A DNA stretch of 64,000 nucleotides from Acidimicrobiales bacterium (GTDB lineage: Bacteria; Actinomycetota; Acidimicrobiia; Acidimicrobiales; JAVJTC01), in NCBI GenBank assembly GCA_040219085.1, contig JAVJTC010000038.1, forward strand, positions 16,199 through 80,198. The letters run 5' to 3'. This document shows, in pieces, positions 42,381-50,419 of this stretch. The position numbers were made by a program, and so were the translations under genes. The notes below the pieces were generated by a model. The model searched no databases, had not been told where the DNA came from, and saw only the letters and a list, made by a program, of their open reading frames with translations. The number at the start of each line of letters is the position of its first letter. The stretch's first letter is position 1.

Positions 42381-43400
42381 ATGGGACGGACGCAACCGGG
42401 GGACTACGCAGCCGGCTGGACGCCGCCGAGCTACACCGTCGACGAGCACGGGAAGGTCCGGGGCGGCTACGAGCCGCACGAGCCGAACAACTGGGGCCGG
42501 TGGGGTGACGACGACCAGATCGGCACCCAGAACCTCATCGGACCCGAACAGATCGTCGCGGCGGCCAGGTTGGTGACCGAGGGCAAGGTGTTCTCGCTCG
42601 CCCTCGAGATCGACGCGGCCGGGCCGCGTTCTCCTCATCGCCCTGCTCCGCTGCACTGGTTCATCATGGCCGGGTCGGACCTGATCGTCGGCTCCCCCGC
42701 CCAGGCCGAGGTGCCCGGGATCCAGTTCAACGACGACATGTTGCAGATGCCGTTGCAGGGGTCCACGCAATGGGACGGCTTCGGGCACTTCTGCGCCGAG
42801 GACTCGATGTACAACGGCTACTGGGGAGGCGATATCACCGCTGCGGGTGGAGCCCGGAACCTCGGGATGGAACACATGCGCAAGGCCTTCGTCGGCCGCT
42901 GCGTCCTGTTGGACCTCGCCCGGACCCAGGGGGTGGATTGCCTCCCCGACGCGACCGGGATCGGCCGCGCGGAGCTCGAGGCGTGCGTGGAGGCCCAGGG
43001 CTGCGAGATCCACTCGGGTGACATCGTCCTGTTGCGCACCGGGTATCTCGACAAGTGGTGGGGCATCGAGGGCGAGGCCGCGAAGTTGGAGTACTTCTAC
43101 GCAACGCCGGGCCTTACCGAGGCCAGCGTCGGCTGGTTCCACGACAACGGGATCTCCGCAGTTGCTGCAGACACCATCGCCGTGGAAGTCGGCAGGCCGA
43201 CCGCCGAACCGAGCCGGCTCATGCCCGTGCACCATGCATGTCTGGTCGACCTCGGCCTCCCGCTCGGCGAGTTCTGGGTCCTCGACGAACTGGCCGAGGA
43301 CTGCGCGGCCGACGGCCGCTACGAGTTCATGTTGGCATCGCAGCCCCTCGTGATCCCCGGTGCCGTCGGATCGCCGATCAACCCGATCGCTCTGAAGTAG
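42381..43400 (+). CDS. Putative cyclase family protein (kynurenine formamidase-like fold)
   Basis: SD GAAGGAG. NNWGRWGDDDQIGTQNLI, FSLALEID and TQWDGFGH are typical of the PF04199 cyclase family. Confidence 0.75.
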   Translation: MGRTQPGDYAAGWTPPSYTVDEHGKVRGGYEPHEPNNWGRWGDDDQIGTQNLIGPEQIVAAARLVTEGKVFSLALEIDAAGPRSPHRPAPLHWFIMAGSDLIVGSPAQAEVPGIQFNDDMLQMPLQGSTQWDGFGHFCAEDSMYNGYWGGDITAAGGARNLGMEHMRKAFVGRCVLLDLARTQGVDCLPDATGIGRAELEACVEAQGCEIHSGDIVLLRTGYLDKWWGIEGEAAKLEYFYATPGLTEASVGWFHDNGISAVAADTIAVEVGRPTAEPSRLMPVHHACLVDLGLPLGEFWVLDELAEDCAADGRYEFMLASQPLVIPGAVGSPINPIALK

Positions 43401-43441
43401 CCGCCCGCCGCCCGCTTGTCCGACCCGCATGTGGATGATTA

Positions 43442-43463
43442 CTCTTGACGTCAAGCGTCAGGT
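43442..43463. promoter_or_regulatory. Operator-like inverted repeat, site C: CTCTTGACG-TCAAG-CGTCAGGT (contains the 12-bp palindrome CTTGACGTCAAG)
   Basis: About 95 nt upstream of the E1 alpha start at 43559. Confidence 0.5.
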
Positions 43464-43558
43464 TGGTGCACCCGGGGGTTCGGGTGCCGGCGCAGGGGGT
43501 CCGGCGGTTTCCGGCCAGCTCGCACGTCGACGAGTTGCAGGACTACTGGGAAGACGAC

Positions 43559-44572
43559 ATGACTGCTGATCTCGAGACGTCGGAGCGCACGCCGAGGTCG
43601 CCGCTGGACTACTACCGGGGCGTGCTCGGTGCCCGCCTGGCGGAGGCGCGCATCACCGAGCTCTCCGAGTCGGGCGAGCTCAGCGGCCATCACTCGGCCC
43701 TCGGGCACGAGGCGATCGGTTTCGGTATCGGCTCGGCCGTCGAGTTCGATGACGTCGTCCAGCCGAGCTATCGCAGCGGCGCCTCGATCATGCACGCCCG
43801 GGGGCTGACCGTGCGCGAACTGGTCCTCCAGGGTTTCGGCCTGATCCCCGGCATTCGGGACCAGCACCCCGGTCGCGCGCGGATCCTCCGGAGTTCGGGC
43901 ATCGTCGGTGGCCAGGTCCCCTCAGCGGTCGGCGTGGCCATGTCCTTCAAGCTCCGACAGCAGCCCAACGTGGTCGTCTCGGTCTTCGGCGACGGCACGG
44001 CGAGCTCTGGCGCGATTCACGAGGCCATGAACGTCTCGGGAGTGAAGTCACTGCCGATCGTGTTCGTGATCGAGAACAACGGGATCGCGCTCAGCAACCC
44101 TTTCTCGAGCACCACCCGGGTGGCGAGCCTGGCGGATCGGGGGGCAGGCTACGGAATCTCGGCATCCCAGGCGGATGGCTACGACGTGGCCGCAGTCCAG
44201 CAGGCGACGTCCGTGGCAGTCGAACGTGCCCGCAGCGAACAGCGCCCGGGGCTCCTCGAGTTGACGATGCTGCGGCCGGGGCCCCACGCCGTCGGTTTCG
44301 AAGACCCCCGGACCCCGGAGCAGATTGCCGAGGCGAACAGACGCGACTGCGTCGCGGAGGCCAGGGAGCGCGCGATCGCAGCGGGCGAACTCGACCCCGC
44401 GATGAACGACGCGATGCTCGCTGACATGACAGCCCTGGTCGATGAAGCCGTCGATGAGGCGCGGGCCGCCCGGGCCGCACAGGTGGTCGAAGACGGCGCG
44501 CCTCGCTACAGCGCGGCCGAAGCCTGGGGGTTGGCTCACGCCACGCCTCCGCCGGCATGGATGGGTGCGTGA
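43559..44572 (+). CDS. TPP-dependent dehydrogenase E1 alpha subunit (second copy)
   Basis: ATG follows GGGAAG. VSVFGDGTASSGAIHEAMNVSGVKSLPIVFVIENNGIALS is the TPP motif region. Confidence 0.8.
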   Translation: MTADLETSERTPRSPLDYYRGVLGARLAEARITELSESGELSGHHSALGHEAIGFGIGSAVEFDDVVQPSYRSGASIMHARGLTVRELVLQGFGLIPGIRDQHPGRARILRSSGIVGGQVPSAVGVAMSFKLRQQPNVVVSVFGDGTASSGAIHEAMNVSGVKSLPIVFVIENNGIALSNPFSSTTRVASLADRGAGYGISASQADGYDVAAVQQATSVAVERARSEQRPGLLELTMLRPGPHAVGFEDPRTPEQIAEANRRDCVAEARERAIAAGELDPAMNDAMLADMTALVDEAVDEARAARAAQVVEDGAPRYSAAEAWGLAHATPPPAWMGA

Positions 44573-44577
44573 GGCCG

Positions 44578-45618
44578 ATGGCCAAGTTGACCTACCAGGA
44601 AGCGATCCGCGAAGCCCACCTCCAGGAGATGGAGCGCGACGAAGACGTCCTCCTCCTCGGAATCGACATCGGTGCCTTCGGAGGTCTGTTCGGCACGACC
44701 CGTGGCCTGCTCGACCGCTTCGGTCCCGAGCGGGTCATCGAGTTCCCCATCTCGGAGGTCTGCTACGTCGGCACCGGCATCGGATTGGCCCGTGAGGGGT
44801 TCCGCCCGATCATCGAGATCCAGATGGCCGACTTCGTCACCGTTGCGTTGGACCAGATCATGACGACGATGTCGAAGGAGTACGCGGTCACGAAGGGTCA
44901 GTTCCGGCTCCCCCTCGTCGTCCGGCTCCCCTTCGGTGCGAACTTCAGTGGCCAGGGCTACATGGGCGGTGGTGGCCCGGCGCACTCCCAGAGCCACGAG
45001 GCCTGGTTCTGTCACTCTCCCGGCCTGATCGTTGTGATGCCGTCGTCGCCTGCCGACGCCCTCGGGCTGTTGAAGGCAGCGGTGCGCTGTGATGACCCCG
45101 TCATCTTCATGGAGCAGAAGGGCATGTACTACGGGGAGCCCGAGGAGGTACCGGATGGGGACCACCTCGTCGAGATCGGGTTGGCGAATGTCGTCAGAGA
45201 GGGAAGCGATGTCACGGTCGTCGCCCTGGGCGCCATGGTCCCGGTCGCCACGACTGTCGCTGACGAATTAGCTCGCGACGGTATCTCCGTCGAGGTGGTG
45301 GATCCCCGTTCGCTCGTGCCGCTCGACGAACCGACCATCCTCTCGTCGGTCGCCAAGACCGGCCGTGTGGTGATCACCCACGAGGCACATCGGACGGGGG
45401 GTTTCGGGGCGGAGATCGCTGCGTTGATCGCGGAGAAGGCATTTCCCTCCCTGCGTGCGCCCGTGGTCCGTTGTGCAGCAGCTGACCTGCCGATCCCATT
45501 GGGTGCGGAGGCCCAGCGCGTGCTGCCAGGTGCAGCGGAGCTCTCCCGGTTGGTTCGTGGCCAACTGGAGGGTCGGTCTCCGAAGGTCGAATCGGACAGG
45601 CAGCGGCGAAGTCGATGA
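44578..45618 (+). CDS. TPP-dependent dehydrogenase E1 beta subunit (second copy)
   Basis: MAKLTYQEAIREAHLQEMERDEDVLLLGIDIG, with a transketolase-like C-terminal domain. Confidence 0.85.
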   Translation: MAKLTYQEAIREAHLQEMERDEDVLLLGIDIGAFGGLFGTTRGLLDRFGPERVIEFPISEVCYVGTGIGLAREGFRPIIEIQMADFVTVALDQIMTTMSKEYAVTKGQFRLPLVVRLPFGANFSGQGYMGGGGPAHSQSHEAWFCHSPGLIVVMPSSPADALGLLKAAVRCDDPVIFMEQKGMYYGEPEEVPDGDHLVEIGLANVVREGSDVTVVALGAMVPVATTVADELARDGISVEVVDPRSLVPLDEPTILSSVAKTGRVVITHEAHRTGGFGAEIAALIAEKAFPSLRAPVVRCAAADLPIPLGAEAQRVLPGAAELSRLVRGQLEGRSPKVESDRQRRSR

Positions 45619-46412
45619 AGAAGCTCGCTGGGAAGGTGGCGATCGTCACCGGTGCAGCCCGGGGGTTGGGGCGGGCATATGCACTGAAACTCGCATCATT
45701 GGGTGCCAAGGTCGCCTGTTGTGACCTCGACCTCCGCTCGTATGCCGAGTTCGAGGCGGAACGGCAGGCGATGAGGGCCGAAACTGTTGTCGATGAGATC
45801 ATCGAAGGTGGGGTGGACGCACTCGGCTTCGAGTTCGATGTTTCGGACCGCGACGCAACCTTCGCGATGGTCGAGGATGTGGCCCGGTCGTGGGGTCGCG
45901 CCGATGTTCTCGTCGCGAACGCAGGTGGCGGTCGTGGCACGCCGGCCGAGACGACTGCGACGCTGGTTTCCAGTGACCTGCTCGAGCAGGTCACTGGGAT
46001 GAACCTCTACGGCACCGTGTACAGCTGTAGTGGTGTCGCGCCGCTCATGAAGGAGCAGCGGTCCGGGAAGATCATCACCGTTGCGTCATATGCCGCCCTC
46101 GAGACGAGCCGGGACGGTGGCTACGCCCACTACGGAGCGAACAAGGCGGCGATTGCGCACTACACGCGCTATCTCGCGCAGGAACTCGGGCCCTACAACG
46201 TGACCGCAAACTGCATCGCGCCCGGACTGATCCAGACGGCGAGGATCGCAGAGATGACGCGATCGAACCAGGAACTCGGGGATTTCGCACTACGTCGTGC
46301 GGGTACGCCCGAGGACTGCGCCAGGGTGATCGAGTTCTTCGCCACCGAGCTGTCCGACTACGTCACCGGAACGGTTCTGCCGGTCGATGGGGGTTGGAAG
46401 CCTAGGAACTAG
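45615..46412 (+). CDS. SDR family oxidoreductase
   Basis: ATGA overlap with the upstream gene. KVAIVTGAARGLGRAYA and YGANKAAI. Confidence 0.8.
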   Translation: MKKLAGKVAIVTGAARGLGRAYALKLASLGAKVACCDLDLRSYAEFEAERQAMRAETVVDEIIEGGVDALGFEFDVSDRDATFAMVEDVARSWGRADVLVANAGGGRGTPAETTATLVSSDLLEQVTGMNLYGTVYSCSGVAPLMKEQRSGKIITVASYAALETSRDGGYAHYGANKAAIAHYTRYLAQELGPYNVTANCIAPGLIQTARIAEMTRSNQELGDFALRRAGTPEDCARVIEFFATELSDYVTGTVLPVDGGWKPRN

Positions 46413-47448
46413 GGGTTGGTGCGACGACCACCTTCACGGACAGCTCAGCGTCTCGCTGGAAGTCGAGCGCGTCGCTGATGGACTCCAGCGGCACCACGTG
46501 AGTGACCAGACCTGACAGGTCGACTCGGCGTTGTGTGAGCAGATCCGCCGCGACCCGGATGTCATCGTCGTCGTAGGCGTAGCTGCCCCGTAGGACGACT
46601 TCCTTGCGCACGATGGGGTTGGCATCGAAGGAGACATCCGTCTCGAACAGGGCCACCATCACGATCGTGCCGGAAGGGCGGACGTAGGTCGTTGCGATCT
46701 CGCGCATCACAGGGAGCGCGCCGGAACACTCGAAGACGAAGTCGACATCCGCGTACTCGTAGCCCCGGTGACTGCCGGAACCGGCGAGGTCGCGAAGCGC
46801 CTCGGCTGTGTCCACCGAAGAAGCGTCGACTACGTGGTTCGCTCCCGATCGGCGTGCCAGATCCAACCGCGGCTTGGAGATGTCGATCCCGATGATCTCG
46901 TGAACGTCGCCCGCTCGCAGCGCCTGAACGACGCACTGCCCGATCGCGCCGAGGCCGACGACTGCGCAGCGGGCTTCGGGCCCCGGGGAAGCCATTCGGA
47001 CAGCTCGGACCGCCACCGACAGCGGTTCGAGGATCGAGCCTTCCTCGAAGGTGACGTTGTCGGGCAGGCGAACGACGAAGGATCCCGCCGGAACCACTAT
47101 CTGCTCCGCGTACGCCCCGTTCGTGGGTGCCTTCCGGTCGGTGCAGAGGTTGCGCGCCCCTTCTTCGCAGTACCGGCATTCGCCGCAGGCCGCAGATGCG
47201 ACCACAGCGACCCGGTCCCCGGGCCCGACATGGTCGACCCCGCGCCCGACCGCCGTGACGACGCCGGCGGGCTCATGGCCCATCACCGAGCCCGGCTGCG
47301 GCCAGCCCGCCGAGATCGCGTGGAGGTCGGATCCGCACATGCCGCACGCGTGAACCTCGATGAGGATTTCGCCGGGTCCAGGCTGGGGGTCTGGATATTC
47401 CCCTACCTCGATCCAGTCTGGTCCCCGGTATATGGCAGCTCGCATCAA
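46402..47448 (-). CDS. Zinc-dependent alcohol dehydrogenase (MDR family)
   Basis: VHACGMCGSDLH, GHEPAGVV, the structural-Zn cysteines CGECRYCEEG, and GLGAIG. Confidence 0.85.
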   Translation of the reverse strand: MMRAAIYRGPDWIEVGEYPDPQPGPGEILIEVHACGMCGSDLHAISAGWPQPGSVMGHEPAGVVTAVGRGVDHVGPGDRVAVVASAACGECRYCEEGARNLCTDRKAPTNGAYAEQIVVPAGSFVVRLPDNVTFEEGSILEPLSVAVRAVRMASPGPEARCAVVGLGAIGQCVVQALRAGDVHEIIGIDISKPRLDLARRSGANHVVDASSVDTAEALRDLAGSGSHRGYEYADVDFVFECSGALPVMREIATTYVRPSGTIVMVALFETDVSFDANPIVRKEVVLRGSYAYDDDDIRVAADLLTQRRVDLSGLVTHVVPLESISDALDFQRDAELSVKVVVAPTPSS

Positions 47449-47484
47449 TGGCTCCTGTCGTGCCGGCTGGGCGCGCCTCTTGGT

Positions 47485-48636
47485 TCAGGCCCCGCCCACT
47501 CCGTACAGCGACATGGCATTGAGGCCGGCGTACAGGGCCATCTCGGACTTGGAGAGCCCCTCGTTCTCGGCGATGAACAGGTTCCGGACCATTCCGGGGT
47601 ATGCCGAATCCATGACCGGGAACTTGCTCGACCAGAGGATCCTGTCCGAGCCAAGATAGTCGACCGTCGCCCGCAGACTGGGTTCGGTCGGTTCGACGTT
47701 TATCCACCCCTGACGACGAAAGTAGGCGCTCGGCAGTTCATCGAGGTCGGCAGCCTCGCTGTGGCGCTCGCCTTCGTCGATCCGGTCGAGGAACTCGAAG
47801 GTCTGATCGAGGCGGTCGAGCCAATAGGGAAGCCAGCCCGCGCCCGTCTCGCAGATCGAGACTCTCAGACCTGGGTGTCGGTGCAGGATTCCACCGGCCG
47901 TAAGTGCGTACATGGCGCCCATCTGATCGACCGTATGAGAGAAGACGTGACGGGCGAGACGAGACGGATGGGAGGATCCGTACTGGGGAAGGTAGCCGCC
48001 AGTGATGTCGTGAAGTGCCAACGGCACACCCAGAGCCGCGACGGTTCCGAAGAAGTCATCGAGTTCTGGTGAATCGAGTCGGCGTCCATTCACGGTATTG
48101 GGCGAGATGACGACTGCCTTGAGGCCGATGTGATTAACGACGTATTCGACGTCGGATATCGCATTTGCCGGGTCGTGGAGGGAGACAGGTGCGTTTGCGA
48201 TCAGTCGGTCCGGGGCGGCTGAGCAGAAGTCCGCGACCCACCGGGAGTAGGCTCGGTTGATGGCGGAGGCCAACCGTGGGTCCATATCGTCGACCGCCGT
48301 CGCGTACAGCCCGTTCGTCGGGTTCAGGACCATGGCGTCGATGTTCTCCTGAGCCAACGCGTCCAGGTAGAAGTCCGCGGACCAGTCCCGCTCGATGCCC
48401 TCCGACAGAGTCTCGCGCCATCTCTCTTCGAGCCTCAGCTCGAACTCGGTGGCCTCACCATCGGTCCCCACGTAGCCGGCGGGCATGTAGCGTCCGTCGA
48501 CGGTGACACCGACGATCCTGTTCGGGTTGAGGACCGGACGTCGATCATGGAACTCCGCATCGATGTAGGTGTCCCACAGGTCTCGCGGTTCGATGACGTG
48601 CGCATCAGAATCGACGACAGTGCATCCTTCGTACAT
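47485..48636 (-). CDS. Amidohydrolase_2 family protein
   Basis: VVDSDAHVIEPRDLW and ILWSSKFP. Confidence 0.75.
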   Translation of the reverse strand: MYEGCTVVDSDAHVIEPRDLWDTYIDAEFHDRRPVLNPNRIVGVTVDGRYMPAGYVGTDGEATEFELRLEERWRETLSEGIERDWSADFYLDALAQENIDAMVLNPTNGLYATAVDDMDPRLASAINRAYSRWVADFCSAAPDRLIANAPVSLHDPANAISDVEYVVNHIGLKAVVISPNTVNGRRLDSPELDDFFGTVAALGVPLALHDITGGYLPQYGSSHPSRLARHVFSHTVDQMGAMYALTAGGILHRHPGLRVSICETGAGWLPYWLDRLDQTFEFLDRIDEGERHSEAADLDELPSAYFRRQGWINVEPTEPSLRATVDYLGSDRILWSSKFPVMDSAYPGMVRNLFIAENEGLSKSEMALYAGLNAMSLYGVGGA

Positions 48637-48669
48637 GGTTCCCCCCCCGTTCAGCTGAGGCCGACGCGC

Positions 48670-49137
48670 TTATGCTGTGCCGACGGCCTCATTGCTGGTC
48701 TGCGTTGATCCAGCGGCTCTGAGCAGTACGTTTATGGTCGTCGTGTCGGCGACGGCTGATCCGTCGACGAGCTTTGCCAGGATTCGGAGTATGTCGATCT
48801 TGCTCTCGAGGTCGGCGATTCGTTCCTCGATGAGAGATGCTGCCGTTGCGCGTGCATCGCCATCGAGCTCCCGCCCACGTCCAACTGGGGCGAGGATCCG
48901 TACCTCTTCGAGCGGGAAATCCAGCTGCTTGAGGGTCAGGGCCCATCGGAGATACGTCACGTATTCGAGGGGGTACTTCCGGGTGCCCTTCTCCGACCTC
49001 GGAGGCTCGGGCAGGATCCCGAGTTCCTCGTAGTACCGGATCGTCCGGCTGCTGACGCCTGCGCGACGGGCTACTTCGCCAATGTTGAGGAGTTCGCCCT
49101 CGAGGTCCTGGTCGGCAGCGGTACGAGCACTAGACAT
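48670..49137 (-). CDS. MerR family transcriptional regulator
   Basis: LNIGEVARRAGVSSRTIRYYEELGILPEP is the MerR HTH, followed by a coiled-coil. Confidence 0.85.
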   Translation of the reverse strand: MSSARTAADQDLEGELLNIGEVARRAGVSSRTIRYYEELGILPEPPRSEKGTRKYPLEYVTYLRWALTLKQLDFPLEEVRILAPVGRGRELDGDARATAASLIEERIADLESKIDILRILAKLVDGSAVADTTTINVLLRAAGSTQTSNEAVGTA

Positions 49138-49312
49138 CGGCTTTCCTTCTCGTCACCACTGACCAACCCTCGTTCATGCTAGCGGGGCCCCCGGTGCGCC
49201 GGCGACTGAGAAGCCTCGAGCGGCCAGAGCCAGTATGGCCTTCGCGTGCCGAGGCCGTCGCCATGATGTCGCAGTTTGCGAGTCGAGTGGGAGGTCCCGT
49301 CCTGACCCCCGG

Positions 49313-50419
49313 TCACGTCTCGTCCAACGTCGAGGCGAGGGTCGATGCAGCGGCGATGTACTCCTCCACCATCTCGAACACGACCTGACGGGCAGCTTTC
49401 ACCTGCGTGAGTGAGCCCACGACCTGGCCGACGGGGTAGGTGATCAGCTCGCCGGCTCCGGGCTGAGTAGCAGCCGAGCGTTCGATCTGCTCGTAGGCCT
49501 CGTGGATGAGGATCCACTGCAACGGCATGGGCAGCGTGTCGAGTGCGGACGGGTCGTCCCACGCCTCGGTCCAGGCCGACTTGATGTGCCGGGCCGGCTT
49601 CCCGGTGATCGACCGCGTGCGCACCGTGTCGCTGGAAGTCGCGGCGAGGAACTTCTGCTTCACGACGGGATGAGTCTCGGCCTCCTGGGTGGTCAGCCAC
49701 ACCGAACCGGTCCATACCCCCTGGGCGCCGAGTGCCATCGCGGCTGCCATCTGGCGGCCGCTCGCGATACCGCCGGCGGCGAGGACAGGCAGCGGAGCAA
49801 CAGCGTCGACGACTTCAGGGACGAGAACCATCGACGCGATCTGGCCGGTGTGACCACCTGCCTCATAACCCTGGGCGACGATGATGTCGACGCCGGCGGC
49901 CTGCTGTCGCTCGGCATGGGTCGTCGTGCCGACGAGGGCCGCAACGTGTGCGCCGTTCGCGTGGGCCGCCTCGATGAGGCGGGGAGGCGGCGGGCCGAGG
50001 GCGCTCGCGACGAGCCTGGGTTTGTGCGCGAGTGCCTGCTCGATGAGTCCCACCGACCTGTCCTCGCCGACAGCCGTCTGAACTTCTCTGGCAGCGTCCT
50101 TCAGCGGAGGGACGCCGTACCGCTCGAGCAGATCCTCGACGAAGTGTCGGTGCGCGTCGGGGATCTGCTTCCTGACGTCGTCAGCGTCGTCGGCGTCCGA
50201 CGCACCTGTGGGCAGGAGGATGTCGACGCCGTAGGGGGCGTCGCCCACAGCGTCATCGAGCCAGTCGAGTTCGATTTCGAGCTGGTCGGGCGTGTGGGTG
50301 GCGATCCCGAGGACGCCCAGGCCGCCCGCCCTGCTCACCGCCGCGGCGACGTCGCGGCAGTGGGTGAACGCGAAGATCGGGAACTCGATGCCGAGCTGTT
50401 CGCACAGCTGGTTCTTCAT
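49313..50419 (-). CDS. Nitronate monooxygenase (NMO / 2-nitropropane dioxygenase-like) family protein
   Basis: ATG at 50419 follows GGAGGG. MKNQLCEQLGIEFPIFAFTH, VAQGYEAGGHTG and AAGGIASG. Confidence 0.8.
   Translation of the reverse strand: MKNQLCEQLGIEFPIFAFTHCRDVAAAVSRAGGLGVLGIATHTPDQLEIELDWLDDAVGDAPYGVDILLPTGASDADDADDVRKQIPDAHRHFVEDLLERYGVPPLKDAAREVQTAVGEDRSVGLIEQALAHKPRLVASALGPPPPRLIEAAHANGAHVAALVGTTTHAERQQAAGVDIIVAQGYEAGGHTGQIASMVLVPEVVDAVAPLPVLAAGGIASGRQMAAAMALGAQGVWTGSVWLTTQEAETHPVVKQKFLAATSSDTVRTRSITGKPARHIKSAWTEAWDDPSALDTLPMPLQWILIHEAYEQIERSAATQPGAGELITYPVGQVVGSLTQVKAARQVVFEMVEEYIAAASTLASTLDET

Noticed and set aside
43445-43558. N-terminal extension of the E1 alpha ORF (ORF-track start 43445)
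   Set aside because: The extension covers the operator-like palindrome and has no E1-like sequence. The ATG at 43559 has a GGGAAG SD.
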